Shown here in pieces: positions 18,690 through 33,030 of a stretch of DNA of 64,000 nt. A program made the translations under genes and the position numbers. Source of the DNA: Octopus sinensis (taxonomy: Eukaryota); contig NC_043002.1 of NCBI RefSeq assembly GCF_006345805.1, forward strand, positions 62,992,001-63,056,000. Direction: 5' to 3'. Below the pieces are notes generated by a model, which saw only the letters and a list, made by a program, of their open reading frames with translations, was not told the origin of the DNA and did no database searches. Each line of letters starts with the position of its first letter. The stretch's first letter is position 1.

Positions 18690-18965
18690 TATACATTTAA
18701 ACTGACAATTTTTTTCTAAAGATATGGGCAGTTCTTGTCAGCACAATCTTTTGGATTTCTCTAAGACATGGTTCTCCTGGGATACTATCTAGATGTTTCT
18801 GACATCCCTTTCTTATCATACCAAGGGCATTCACAATAACAGGAACAGTTCTCGCTTTAAGATGCGACATCTTTTGTATTTCTATTACCAGGTCCTTAAC
18901 TTTACTTAATTTGTAAAATTCCCTTACAGTTATATTTTTATCAGTGGGAACACATCTTTTAGTCT
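18690..18965 (-). pseudogene. R4/Dong-type restriction-like endonuclease C-terminal relic
   Basis: VPTDKNITVREFYKLSKVKDLVIEIQKMSHLKARTVPVIVNALGMI...EIQKIVLTRTAHI. Confidence 0.8.
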
Positions 18966-19091
18966 ACAAGTATCTTCTTCTTCTTCTTCTTCTTCTTCTT
19001 CTTCTTCTTCTTCTTCTTCTTCTTCTTCTTCTTCTTCTTCTTCTTCTTCTTCTCTTCTTCTTCTTCTTTCTTCTTCTTCTTCTTCTTATTC

Positions 19092-19129
<38 letters not shown>

Positions 19130-19131
<2 letters not shown>

Positions 19132-19580
19132 GGTGGTGAGCTGGCATGATTGTTAGCACGCCAGGCGAAATGCTTAGAGGTATTTCGTCTGTCGCTACGT
19201 TCTGAGTTGAAATTCTGCCCAGGTCGGCTTTGCCTATCATCTTTTCGGGGTCGATAAATTATGTACCTCTTACGCACTGGGGTCGATGAAATCAACTTAA
19301 TTCCTTCCCCCAAATTTGAGAGCTTGTGCTTCGAGTAGAAATAATTTTTACTATTCTCATTAAAAGCGGTGAGCTGACAGGATCTTTGGTATGCCGGGCG
19401 AATGTTTAGCACAATTTCGTCTGCCTCTACATTCTGAGGTGAAATTCCGCCGATGTCGACCTTTTCTTTCATCCTTCCGGAGTCGATAAATTAAGTACCA
19501 GTTATACACTGGAGTCGATTTAATCGACTTAACTCCTCCCTCAAAATTTCAGGCGTTGTACCTTTAATAGTAAAAAATAT
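19130..19580 (+). mobile_element. Two tandem SINE family B copies (central domain resembles the MetaSINE domain)
   Basis: ggtgagctggc...ttctgagttgaaattc...cttttcggggtcgataaatt, twice. Confidence 0.85.
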
Positions 19581-20334
19581 TATTGTTGTTATTATTTTTG
19601 CTCTTGTTGCGAATATTATTTTTGCTATCATAACTGCTTCTACTTACGCGTAAGGTAGGCTATTAATTTTCATTAATATTCTGTACGTTTTCTTGTTATT
19701 TTATTTAATTTTTTTCATACATATACTTTATTAATTCTTCGTCATCCACATCATAGAAATTTTTCATCGTTTATTATTATCATCAGCATATTTACATCCT
19801 ATTATTATTTTTTGTGTGTTGTTGTTCATGTGTGATGCATTATACCTTTACGTGTCTTTTTTACTTTCTTTTCCCATTAATCTTCCGAGTTTATTTTCAA
19901 GTTTTCTAGTAACGAATAGTTTTGGTATTTTGCGATATATATTTAGAACAGTGAGAGAATTATTACCACTTTTTGTATTTTTATGTAATTATTTTCTGTT
20001 ATTACTACCATATCTTTCTTTTTGTCTTTTTTGTTTCCTTGACGTAGGTGTCATGCAAAGAAACTCTATAAAACAGGGTTAAGTATAAAAGCAGAAAGCG
20101 AACGGAAGTAAAATATGAGTTATAACCTGAACATGAAGGGTGATGAAATACTGGAGGATGTAAGGAGAGATGAAAATATGTGTTGGTGTCGAAAAGAGAC
20201 AAAAAAATTTAAAATTATTTAGGCATCCCGAAAATAGATAAGAGAAATTGTTTTTAAATATGAAAGCAACATGGTTATGTTCATGGAAAAAGCCTGTATT
20301 GTAGTAGTATATATATGGTTCTTTTTTATTGAAT

Positions 20335-20720
20335 ATCCAAAACGGTGTATAGACACGAAGGTGCCGACAGCTTCCCGAGCTGCGCGCAGAGTGACGAAGC
20401 AGTTCCCTACGTACTCATCCAGTGCCGGAGCATTACCGATCTTGTTGTCACATGTAGTGTGTATCAAGATATCAACCGAGTCGATTGTGAGGATCATGAC
20501 TCTGCCTTCCTTTGACTGTGAAGAACAAGAAATGCTTATCTCTGGCGGCTGTAGCGAAACGGCTTTTGCTGTGGACCTGATTGAAAAGTTGATGGCATGT
20601 ACGTTACTCTTTGGCCAAGCCCTCTTACAAGTTTCACTTGACAATGAATTTGAGGGTGGAGACATAACTGCAATTTTCCAGTTAATTCCTGGGAAGGTTG
20701 GCGAGAAAAATGAACAGAGT
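20335..20720 (+). pseudogene. L1/Tx1-type LINE ORF2 C-terminal relic (decayed zinc knuckle)
   Basis: VYRHEGADSFPSCAQSDEAVPYVLIQCRSI (decayed CxxC-x5-H-x4-C) followed across frameshifts by STESIVRI, LAAVAK..LWT and KFHL...LRVE. Confidence 0.6.
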
Positions 20721-21204
20721 GTGAGCAAACCCGCAAAATCTGCGCTTGTTGATTGGGGGAAGACATCACAGGAAGGTGTTTGTTACTGTGGTCAGGATGA
20801 ACGAGGTTTTCGGAGATTGCAGTTAGTGACTTCTCAGAATTGACCCTCCATTGGGGAATGAATCGTTGGTGGGATGAATTATTACTATTGTTCTTCTTTC
20901 TAACCATGCCTTCATGAAATCCCACGTTGTGGCGTCTTGATCACCTCAAAATTTTGTGAATTTTAGTGGATAAGAAACGAAATATCATTATCATTTCAAG
21001 AATCCATCTATCCAACGATGGAATTTAGTTGGGTTTACTTCGGGATACAAAGGCTCCACCTGTGACCATCCAAGAATTTACGAATGGGCTTCGCCGTGTC
21101 TAACGAGTAGGCCAACTGCATGTATTCCATGTGCTTCACCAAGCCAATATTTTATTACTATCATTATAGAAACAAAGCTCAGGCTTGGTCTATTACTATT
21201 ATTA

Positions 21205-21510
21205 TTACTTTCGCCTTAGCGAAGGCGGAGGTATTGTTTTCAGTCGTATTTGTTTGTCTGTGGAAAGATATCGCAAGAACCACTGAATGGATTCAAATGA
21301 AGTTTTCAGGGGTATTTGGCCTTGTGACTGGCACAACCCGGTCTGATTTTGGGACCCATCCGGTACCGGACAGTGATTTTGGATTAGTTTTCCGTTATTT
21401 TTCTCTTAACTTTTTAGAGCGGTCAGGTTCACTTTTAGTATTCTCCTTTGTGAAAGCAGTCGAGTTTACTTCAGATATTCTCATTTTAAAAATCCTCTCT
21501 GTCTAATCGT
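21205..21510 (+). mobile_element. Helentron-associated non-autonomous element (HINE/DINE-like), 5' part
   Basis: 5' palindrome ttcgcctt..aaggcggag, then (GTTT/GTCT) tract; homologous to 43980-44175 and 36445-36590. Confidence 0.65.
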
Positions 21511-21725
21511 TGTGTGTGTGTGTGTGTGTGTGTGTGTTATCCTACTATTGCTTGACAACCGATTTTTGTGTGTTTAGGTCTCCGTAACTTTGCGGTTCGG
21601 CAAAATGACCGATTGTATAAGTACTAGGCTTACAAAGAATAAGTCCTGGTGTGGTCGACTAAAGGCGGTGCTCCGGCATGACAGTAGCCAAATGACTGAA
21701 ACAAAGAAAAGTATGAAAGAATAAA
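21510..21725 (+). mobile_element. SINE family A tail half
   Basis: gcttgacaaccga...aagtactaggcttacaaagaataagtcc...aaatgactgaaacaa. Confidence 0.75.
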
Positions 21726-24635
21726 ATAATTTCCCTTATGACATAGGACTACTCCGAATAAGGATAAACAAAACAAAATTTTAAAGTGCTTCTGAAGTCA
21801 ATTCCCCGAGAAGAACATTTAGTGTCCTCATTCCGCTTGTCCACCTTCATATACCCTGTAACTATGAAAGCGCATGTGTTATTTGGAATCAGAAAGTGGT
21901 GTAACTAAACTAATTACCGCAAAATAGTTTATCCACCGCTCTCTCAAAGATGGTATTTAACTGCCCCAGTAGTATTCATAACACTACAATTATTATGTTG
22001 CTTTCGAAGTCTCCCCTTAATTTGCAGGTGTACGCTCAGGTTTTACCTTTTTAGTCAGATTATGTTCGCTTCTCCCATCAGCCTTTCAAAGAAAGCTACA
22101 TTTCCTTCAACACCCGCGCTTTCTTTGTCAAGTGAAAGTTGTAAAAGGTCTTAGCCAAAGTGTAAAGTTCCAGTCATTATCCCTTTCAGTCCGGTCCGCA
22201 ACATACTCCCCATTTCCCTACGGCCACCATAGAGAACAGACAGCTCTGTATTAAACGGATTTTCTATCAACCGAATTGCAGATGAATTTTAGTGAGTCTA
22301 AGATTGTATTATACTTTTATGTAATTACTTTTTGTGAAATATATCATTTTCTAACAAGAGGGAAATTAGGGTATTATATCTAGCCGGTCCTACCACCTCG
22401 CTGGTTCTTAATTAACGTTATTGAATATTACTAAATAATCATTGAGGTCAACCTTACTCTTCAGCTTTCCAGCTCGATAAAATAAGGTACCATATCTTCT
22501 TATATATCACTATAGCCCTACACCAAATTTGATACCTTGTGCTTATGTGAAAAATCAATATTCCTCTACAAACAAGAATGGAAATTTAAGCAAACTGCCG
22601 CAACATTGTTGTAAAACCAGTGAAATAGATTTATTATAAGGACGGTGAAATAGAGAATCAATAAAACGTTATTATTTGTTCGACAAAGAACGTTGGTACC
22701 TAATAAAGTAGAGTATTATGAAAAAATATTAAATTAAAAGTAAATATAACAGTCTATGTATACATTTGATGAATGCAATGGCTATCACGATCTAATTGTT
22801 TTAGAAGTCACAAGATACGATCTTATATAATATAACTTCCCAAACAAGTACAACTCAAAAATATGTCGATAGATGAGCCAGATTACACAAAATCTGCTGG
22901 ACATGTTATGCATGTCTAAAAAGTAATTTTAAAGTAGGGCTCTTGTGAGCAGGGGGTAAAGGTAGGATGGAAGGCTTTCAATCGTAATAAAACAGGGATT
23001 ATTATCTTTAAAGAATTATAGGAGCACCTGACACTATGTCTAATGCTTTGTTTTCCAACACTTTACGTTTACATTCTACATTCCAATTCCAATGGCTGCT
23101 AGAAAAATAAACACAAACCTTAATTTTTCCTTGTTGTTCAATAAATGACTTAAATAAATCCAACAGTTTTTACCTCGTTTCTTTGGATAAGCTGTTTAAA
23201 GATGATCTTGTTCGATAGATACAATGTGACGGACGGGCAGACAGAGAAACACATCTTTCATTCTATTATAATTTTAATTGTGATGGAATGGCCTAATCGT
23301 CAGTGCGTCTGACAATAAGTCACGAGACAATATTCGAACGTTTTATGTTTTGAGTTCAAACAGGAACTTGGCTAGATTTACCTTTCGTGTTTTAGTGATC
23401 GCTGTAATAAGTATGAATCAAGTACTGTGGCCAGTTCATTCAGCAAGCTTCTTCCTCCGAATATGCGGCACTGTGCAATTGCTAAGGATGAATGTTATGT
23501 TGGTAGCTTACCAGAATCGTTTGAGCATCAAATCTCACAGAGATGGAATTCGAATTTCCTCATTTCTGGTAAAAAAAAGGATAAAAAATCTGAATGGTGG
23601 ATTAAATGACAAAATGCTGTTCAAAATTATTTTCTGTCTATCTTTTGTTTTAGTTTAAATCACACTTCCTACCGCCAATTTCTTAGTTGCGGGAAACGAA
23701 GCCCTTGCGACAGTCCTTGGTAGTGGTTATAGATCTCTTTCGGCAGATGGATTAACGTGATAATATCATAGTCACTCTAACGTCCTTTATCTCGGGATCA
23801 TCGGCACCATTCGAATTGCGAAGTCGTGCAAGACTGATTTGTCGTATAGATAAACAGGTATCTAATCACACCTATACATCACTTCTCGAATCAGCATTCA
23901 TTACTCCTCAAATATATCCAGGGGCTGGCCTGCCCAGATGTTGACTATATTTATCTCAAGACGGCGTTTGCTTAACGATGATCCACTCCGATTAATAACA
24001 ATCATCCACTACGTTTTATTTCAATAAAAACTTCTGCAGAAACCTGTACTGCACTTCGATCACCTTTCTTGAGACATTTCAGCAGCACCTGATAAAACTC
24101 GTCTCTCCTAACCTGAGTAACCTGAATTGAATCTATTAGAAGCAGACTGTTTAGGTTTCAATACAGTGTATAATCTATAACCACTTGCTGAACATATATC
24201 TCCGACGAATTAATTTTTAAAATGGCGTTTAAAATGTAATGCTAAATTATCGACATATCAGTTAAGCCTGACAATGATATATGAGCTGCAGCAAGGTATA
24301 TGGCTTGGAATTCTATAAACTTACAAGGCTTTGAATTATACAAAAAGAATAAGGCAGGGACGAATGGGTGCATATATTTAACTTATATATTTTATTTATT
24401 TCAGCCATTGGATAACGGCCATTCTAGAGCACACCCTTGACAGTTATGGTCGCGTTAAAATAATCGCTAAAACACTTCTTAAATCTGGTATGTGTTATGT
24501 CCCTCTCTTTTGGGACCGATATTCTATCGGTGTCTTCTTGTCGAACTGCTATCTCATGTTAATGTACACAACTCACACAAAACTACCCATAAGAATTTAA
24601 GCTTGCGTCTGCATGTGTTTGCATATATATATATA

Positions 24636-25029
24636 CTAGCAGTATCGCCCGGCGTTGCTCGGGTTTGTAAGGGAAATAATTATATAAGCATTTTTAGAGA
24701 TGTAAAGTATAATAGCCATCTCAATATGGCTAACCACAAAGGGGGAGGGGTGTTACTGTAGCTTTTTACGTTCTGAGATTTAATAATAAATTTTAGAGAG
24801 TTACTTCCCTTATATATGTCAAAAATGGATTAAAAATGGGAAAAATTGATGGTAATTTTTTTTTAAATCGTAGACTCATCGTAGACGCGCGCTAATACCC
24901 AGACGGTCTCGATATGAATCACGACTATAAGATACCCGGTTTTGGTTAAACTGCACCGCAAAATGTGGGAGTAGTTAGGAATCTAAATCGTAGGAGACAG
25001 ACACACAACCTCACTTTTATATATAAAGA
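24636..25029 (-). mobile_element. Non-autonomous Helitron family 1
   Basis: Minus strand reads A|TC...CCCGAGCAACGCCGGG hairpin...CTAG|T; termini shared with 31676-32519 and 48419-48924. Confidence 0.85.
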
Positions 25030-25092
25030 TTTCCTCTATTTACATAATATTGAGGTCTCTTTCTTTCTTTTGTTATCTTACTGTTTTTACCA

Positions 25093-25153
<61 letters not shown>

Positions 25154-25157
<4 letters not shown>

Positions 25158-25466
25158 CAGAGATGTACTTGCATAGCAAGTGACTTGATCTGAGATCGTG
25201 TGCTGGAACGAAAACAGTTGCAGCGTTGAAGGTGTTTATAAGTCATTTAAGAAACACACAAAAACCGTTAGATTCACTTCAAAATTTAAATTTAATTTGT
25301 CAAAATATTTTCGTCGCTTTGAGACCGCGACCTGTTAGCACGATATTTTTGTCCGTGTCCTCAAAGCGACGAAAATATTTTGGCAAATTAAATTTAAATG
25401 TTGAAGTGAATGTAACGGTTTTTGCGTGTTTCTTAAATGGCTTACAAACACCTTCCAGGCTGCAAT
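25154..25466. mobile_element. Asymmetric fold-back element in (TA)n with the 3' part of a hammerhead-like motif
   Basis: Arms about 25219-25323 and 25360-25466; minus strand AACA-G-GTCGC ggtctcaaa GCGAC-GAAA-ATAT-TT-TGACA. Confidence 0.7.
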
Positions 25467-25483
25467 ATATATATACACAGATA

Positions 25484-25518
<35 letters not shown>

Positions 25519-25559
25519 GTGTATATGTGTATGCATGTATGCGTGTGTGTGTGTGCGTG

Positions 25560-25775
25560 TCTGTGCTTGTGATTGTCCTCCACCACTGCTTGACAACGAA
25601 TGTTGGTTTGTTTACATCCCTGTCACCTAGTGGTTTGACAAAGGAAACAGATAGAATAAGTACAATGCTTACAAAAATAAAACTGGAGTTGATTCATTAA
25701 ACTACAATTCTTCAAGGCATTGCCCCAGCATGGCCACAGACCAATGGCTGGAAAAAGCAGAAGAATAAAAGAATA
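25560..25775 (+). mobile_element. SINE family A tail half, diverged
   Basis: gcttgacaac...gatagaataagtac...gccccagcatggccaca. Confidence 0.65.
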
Positions 25776-25841
25776 CATTCTCTGCTTTGGTCTTATGTTC
25801 AAGGCATGAGAAAGCTTGAGTTTACATGAGAAGGCCTAACA

Positions 25842-26210
25842 GACCTGGTAGAAACAGCAGCCAAATCTCCCTCAAATCACACCTTACTGTCTTATGTATG
25901 TATATATATATGAGCCAATGAGGGGGACTTCTACATGGTAGCTAGACCTGGTAGAAATAGCAGCCAAATTTCCCCCAAATCACACCTACTGTCTTATCTA
26001 TGTATATATGTATGTATGAGCCTATGAGGGAGACCTCTACATGGCAGCTAGACCTGGTAGAAATAGCAGCCAAATTTCCCCCAAATCACACCTTACTGTC
26101 TTATCTATGTATATATGTATGTATGAGCCTATGAGGGAGACCCCTACATGGCAGCTAGACATGGTAGAAATAGCAGCCAAATCTCCCTCAAATCACACCT
26201 TACTGTCTTA
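25842..26210. repeat. Tandem array, about 3.5 copies of a 103-107 bp unit
   Basis: gac(c/a)tggtagaaa(t/c)agcagccaaat at 25842, 25945, 26051 and 26158. Confidence 0.9.
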
Positions 26211-26725
26211 TCTTTCTGCTACTTGGATATAGGTGTTATATTCGCCGTAAAAAACTTTCCTGTCACACACTCACGCACACGCACACACACACACACACAC
26301 ACACGCACCCTCACACACACACACACGCGCACACCCACACACACCCACTCACACACACGCACGTTAGCTTACAATTTTATTTATATATTTGCGTGTCCAT
26401 GTGTTGAAAGAGGAAGTGGGAGGCAGAGTGAAAGAATCACTCACTACAGTAAGTCAATTACTTTCATTTTATTCGTTGCCCACTGTGTGTGTGCGTTTGC
26501 GTGTGGTATAAACCAGACTAAGAAAAGCATTTGACACACACACCAGAATGTGAGTTTTCTGTAAATTTTGCTTAATTGGAGTTTAAATTTTAAAAACTGG
26601 ATCTGGCATGACGCGATGCATTGTACTCTTAAAAATGCAAGGTAAATTGTAATTGAAGAAATCCTATATTGTAAATTTGTATAACTCCCAAAGGGAGGCA
26701 GATAAAATCTACCTTTTATAATAAG

Positions 26726-26726
<1 letters not shown>
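26210..26726 (-). mobile_element. Putative Helitron family 2, 5' portion
   Basis: Minus strand starts A|TCTTATTATAAAAGG with a subterminal palindrome; similar to 32985-33485; no 3' CTAG end seen. Confidence 0.6.
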
Positions 26727-26759
<33 letters not shown>

Positions 26760-27209
26760 GCACATACATACATATACATATATGTATGTATGCATGTATG
26801 TGTGTGTATGTGTGTGTGAGCACGGGTGTGTGCGTGGACATGAGTGTATATGTTTTTGAATGCATAGTTTCGTCTCCGTAAATTATGCACAGGGCATTGG
26901 TTGGACCAAGACGAGAGAAGACTTTTTTCCAAGGAGTTGCTCAGGGGAACCAAACCTGAGAAAACATAGCTGCGAAGCGAGCATTTGAAGCACGCCGTCA
27001 AACCTTCTCAATATTTGTCCATGTGTGCAAGAAGGAGGCTTAGTCCAACCATTACCATCATCCGCACCAGCTCTGGGACTAGCTCAGACAATTATGACAC
27101 TAGGGAATACAGAAAGAGAAAAATGTTTAGAATGGAAATTCAAAACAAACATTATCGATAAATCATGGCTTTTCACTTATACAAAAGGCAAGAATGAGCC
27201 GAAGACCTG

Positions 27210-28205
27210 AAGGAATTTGTGCGTCGTGGACGAAGAGGATGATATTACTGAACGTGTGTTCCTGGGGTAGCATTCGAGATTTCGATTAGAAAAACTTTCC
27301 ATTCAATAAGCATCTCGGTTTCACTAATCAACGGAGATCAGCAGCGTCACCAACCCAATTTGGTGACCAAGATGAGCGTGGTTATTTCATAAATATCCAA
27401 ATTGAGGGTTGAAAATTCATATACATAAACTTGGTTACGTTGGGAGGCTCGATGTCTCAATCCAACATCAAGTGAAGGAGTCTAACTACACTCAACGAAT
27501 TTCTATCAGTCATTCTTTACAGAAAACTAATGAAAACGATTCTCTTTTTAAGAGAATAGTGCTGAGGGAAAAACACAGATCGTCTATACCTATGTGAAGC
27601 GCAAACGATCATGGAGGAATCACGGCGAATCACCACTACAACCTTCAAAGCAAGACTTCACCCGATGAAGGTTATGCTTTCATTTTAGTGGTATTGCATG
27701 GGCTTTGTCTTTTACTAGCCTTTTTCCTACACAAGGACCATCAATTTCGATGTGTACTGTGATCAACTAAACAAATTACATGCAGTAAGTAATCAAATAG
27801 AAGCATCCATTTCTTGCCAATCTTAAAGGCATTACCGCGATGAAATACAATGCCAGACCACATACCTATTTGCAGAGGCCGCAGAATTTACTCGGACTTT
27901 GGAAGTTTTGCAGTACCCTCCATATTCGCCCGACCTTGCGCTTTCTGGTCTCCAGCCGTTTTGGTATCTTCAAATTTCCTTGAATTCACAGACTTTCAAT
28001 TGTGATCTACCTGGAAGAGATTTTCGCCAATAAAGACAGGAAAAAAAAACCCCTTTGAACACAGAACACTGGATCTGCCAACAAGATGACACAATGTACT
28101 GAAACGAAACTGTAATTATATTATTGACTGAATAAATCGCTTTCTGTTTAAAACTTGCATCTTATTTTCGCTGGAAAAGCCAAACGGACCTTTTGGCGTA
28201 CACAA
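27210..28205 (+). pseudogene. Degenerate mariner transposon
   Basis: HKLGYVGRLDV, RISISHSLQKTNENDSLFKRIV, LHP.KVML, YPPYSPDLA motifs with frameshifts; decayed 3' TIR. Confidence 0.85.
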
Positions 28206-28399
28206 TGAGACTGCGGCAAAATCAGTTTGATAAAGGTGAAACATTAAATTAGAGATACGATAACTGACGGCTTGTCCCATGTCACTCTGAAGGATTGGGT
28301 CACCTCTAATTTTCCTGAAATAACTCCACATTTCTTAACAACTCGATACTGGTATTCATATAAATATATCTATAAAAGTCTGACCTCGCTGCAAGGTAA

Positions 28400-28730
28400 A
28401 ATATAAAATTGAAATGATAGTAGTATTTCACTGGTATATTATTTTATCATCCATAGTAAGATAAAAGGCAAACTTGACCTATGGTGGGAATTGAACTCAG
28501 TTCCATAACTGGCTAAAAATATAGGCAGGTGACCTGCAACCTTAGGAAATAGATCTAGTCAATTAAATCGTCTCCAAAGCTCAACTGGCATTTATTTCAT
28601 CGACTCCAAATGAATGAAAGGTAAAGTCGACCACGGTGGATTTTGAACTCAGAACGTAAAAACGGACGAAATTCGGCTAAGCATTTTTGCACGGCGTGTT
28701 AACGATTCTGCCACCTCTCCGCCTTACTCA
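28400..28730 (-). mobile_element. SINE family B copies, diverged
   Basis: gaaaggtaaagtcgac...ttgaactcagaacgta...aacgattctgcca. Confidence 0.7.
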
Positions 28731-28784
28731 ATACCGTAAGACTTTTTGTCAGAAAGTGACGTGACCCAGCCAAAGCAATACCCT

Positions 28785-28996
28785 TTTACTCTTTTACTAT
28801 TTTACTTGTATCCGTCATTTGACTGTGGCCATGCTGGAGCACCGCATTTAGTCGAGCAAATCGACCCCAGGACTTATTCTTTGTCAGAGTAGTACTTATT
28901 CTATCGTTTTTTTGCCGAACCGCTAGGTTACGGGGACCTAAACACGGCAGCATCGGATTTCAAGCAATGTTGGGGGTGATAAACACAGAAACACAA

Positions 28997-29043
<47 letters not shown>

Positions 29044-29212
29044 CATATATACGATGGGCTTCTTTCAGTTTCCGCCTACCAAATCCACTCACAAGGCTTT
29101 GGTGGGCCCGAGGCTATAGTAGAAGACTCTTGCCCAAGACGCCACGCAGTGGGACGGAACCCGGAACCATGTGGTTCGTAAGCAAGCTGCTTACCACTTA
29201 GCCACTACTATG
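28785..29212 (-). mobile_element. Full-length SINE family A (tRNA-like head, CORE-like segment, internal microsatellite, tail)
   Basis: Minus-strand head tggctaagtggtaag...ccgggttccgtccc, then tcttgggcaagagtcttc. Confidence 0.85.
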
Positions 29213-30094
29213 CCAATGTAAATGAAAAAGATGTAATTATTTCTAAATAAAGAACGATGTCAGCTCGGGAGATGAATAGCAAAGTTGAACTGGGTATTAT
29301 TTGAAATCGCAATGAAAAGCATCGATTCTGCGAGGCCCCCGTGCATTTTTAAAAATAGAATTAGATTGTAAGAGGCATATTTCCAGTTATTTGTTCTAAA
29401 GGATTTTGCCGATTACATCAACACAAGAATTTTACTTTCAGACATGATAAAATGCAGGGCTGATCTTCGCTATAATTGAACTTAGAATGCACGGAAATGA
29501 AGGTAAATACCGTAAGCTATTTAAACTAATACTCCAGCAACTCTGCCAAACCCACATCCTTTATAAATAGATAATAAAGCTCTAATACATACAAATGTTT
29601 TCGAGTGATAAGATGCATTGAATAAGTAAGAATATTAATGCAGCTCTAAATACATTTCGATAATTAATACTTCAAGACGTACGTTGTAGATAGAGTAAAT
29701 AATAATGAATTCATAATAATATTCACTTCGACTACCAAAGATAAATAAATTGAATTAATACATAATATAGATTAATTTATCTTTCGTGTTAGAGATTAAA
29801 TGAATATAGTCATTAAGTGAACTGATGTTAAATTGATTAACAAAAGTGCAAAATATAAATAAAGCTTTTCGTAAATTTACACCCTTTTAGAAGTGATTAA
29901 AGTCCACATTATATATATAATAAATTTAAATTACGAAATTTCGTAGCTTGCAATCGAGACACACGTACCCAAATTATGCGAATATTCAATGGGCTGTGAT
30001 ATTGTACATTTTGCTGATTAGCCGTGTCATCATTGTTAAGTAGCTTCTTGAAGTAATACCGACGAAAAAACAATAAATGCTAAATAATATAAAT

Positions 30095-30930
<836 letters not shown>

Positions 30931-31675
30931 GGGGAATGAGAAGAAAAATAATTAGAAAATAAGAGGTAGCAAAGTGTATTGTAGGAGTTCGCTTCCTGCT
31001 TGTGCTATCATAATTTGCTTCCCTTATTCCAGAAGTGAAATGTTGGAGTAATTAAGCTACATAACAGTGAACTGGTTGGCACATACTGAGTCGAAATCAT
31101 CTGCAGATATTTAGTAGTGTTTAGGCACAGAATATTTAAATATTTGTTTTATTAGTTTCATTGGTTGCTTAATCACTGAATCAGAACAAATTAAGCATGT
31201 CTATGGTGAAAGGCGTTCTAGCTACGATCATTCAATCCTTGTACATATCTGCATTATATTGTCAAAAGTGTGTTTCCTCCATTTTACTTTTTTTTGGAGG
31301 GAAGCAGGAAAGAACTGTTAGAGATATGGCTAGAATTTATAACGTTGAGAATACTGTGCATCATCTAAAATGCATTTTCTACTTTTTTTTGATTTCCATA
31401 TACTTCATAACACAAATTTCGCTGCTGATTCTTATGTTTAGCATTTTTACTGTTTTCCAATCACTTGTTTTCGTTCCTGTGACTGCATGTATTATTCATT
31501 GTATATCATTTATGCGGTTTTATCTATCTATCTATCTACCAACCTGTCAGACTCTCTATCTGAATCAGTCTGTCTGCCTACTCTGTGTCGCCCTTTCTTC
31601 CTCTATAAATAGCGGTATTTCGCCCGTCGCTACATTCTAAAGTCAAATAGAGCTGAGGTCGACTTTATATATATA

Positions 31676-32519
31676 CTAGCAGAATTGCCCGGCGTTGCTC
31701 GGGGCTGAATTGCTTGAAAGTACTGTTAATGATTGCACTGAATTATGATGATTATTCAGGCAAATATTGATATAAGTTTACGGTGGGAGATAAGGACTTA
31801 ACGATCAAACGTGTGCCATTGCATTGTTTTGGGGGAACCAAATTTCTGATGAGCATTATAGGGGCACCAACTTTAAGTTTGAGAAAGTGTGGTGGTAGTC
31901 CGGGGTGCTCAAAGGAATTGAGTACCTCTATTGGATAGTTGATGATGTCCTCTGGGTCAGGAGTTGTATCGATAGACTGATATACATAGACTTCCCCAGG
32001 AATGAGTTTTAGCATTTCATCATTAATATGGTGAACAGTTTTATTCCTCGGGGCCAGTATAGCCTTTTTGCCAATCCAATCCATATTCTGATAATTAGCT
32101 TGTAGATCTGGGAACACTGCATCTCTGAGATCAGAAGGCGTCTTAACAATGGTAGAAATGGAATCGATGGCAATATTACCATTTTCATCCCCTGGTATTT
32201 TGCCTTCGCCAAGTGCAAGGAGGGTGTGAGGAAATGCTGCTGATGTGATATTACGTCGCATATGAGCACGCATATTGGTGTGAAGTTTGAGAGTTACTTC
32301 CCTTTATTTAAAAAAATATGCATTAAAATGGAAAAAAATGATGGTAAATTATTTGTAAAATCATAGACTCATCGTAGACGCGCTAATACCCAGAAGGGCT
32401 CGATATGAATCACGACTATAAGATACCCGGTTTTGGTTAAACTGCATCGCTAAATGTGGGAGTAGTTAGGAATCTAAATCGGAGTAGACAGACACACAAC
32501 CTTTCTTTTATATATAAAT
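31676..32519 (-). mobile_element. Helitron family 1 deletion derivative carrying a Pif1-family helicase fragment
   Basis: Hairpin plus CTAG|T end at 31676; 5' region shared with the other two copies. Confidence 0.9.
31752..32290 (-). pseudogene. Helitron RepHel Pif1-type helicase fragment, still open frame
   Basis: LHTNMR, AILAPRN, YQSID, GLPPHFLKLKVGAPIMLIRNL, CNGTRLIV motifs. Confidence 0.92.
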
Positions 32520-32520
32520 A

Positions 32521-33030
32521 TTTTCGTCCTAAAAAACTTTGTATGGATTGAATGGTTACCTCTATGGAAATATATACACGCACATTATACATACATGTGT
32601 GTATAGATGAATATATAAATACATTTAAATATCTATATACACTTTTGGCTATCTTTCTGTTTCTTAGATATAACTTTAGATCTTATTTTCGTCCTAAAAA
32701 CCTTTGTATGGAGTGAATGGTTACCTCTATGGAAATATATACACACCACACGTTATACATACATTGTGCATAGATGAATATATAAATACATTTATATATC
32801 TATATACACTTTTGGGCGATCTTTGTGCTACTTAGAGATAACTTTAGATCTTATTTTCGTCCTAAAAACCTTTGTGCGGAGTGAATGGTTACGTCTATAG
32901 AAATATATACACACACATTATACATACATCTGTGTATAAATGAATATATAAATACATTTAAATATCTATATACACTTTTGGGCGATCTTTCTGCTACTTG
33001 GATATAGGTCTTATATTCGTCCTAAAAAAC
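32521..33030. repeat. Tandem array, 3 copies plus a partial of a 160-168 bp unit
   Basis: t(t/a)ttcgtcctaaaaa at 32521, 32686, 32854 and 33014. Confidence 0.9.

Noticed and set aside
20219-20843. Overlapping 190-aa (+) and 169-aa (-) ORFs, the latter faintly Ig-like (QPPEISIS..KEG)
   Set aside because: Better explained as a frameshifted L1/Tx1 ORF2 relic; Ig cysteine/tryptophan pattern absent
25842-26210. CRISPR-like repeat spacing (also 32521-33030)
   Set aside because: Intervening sequences are themselves repeated, no cas genes, eukaryotic context
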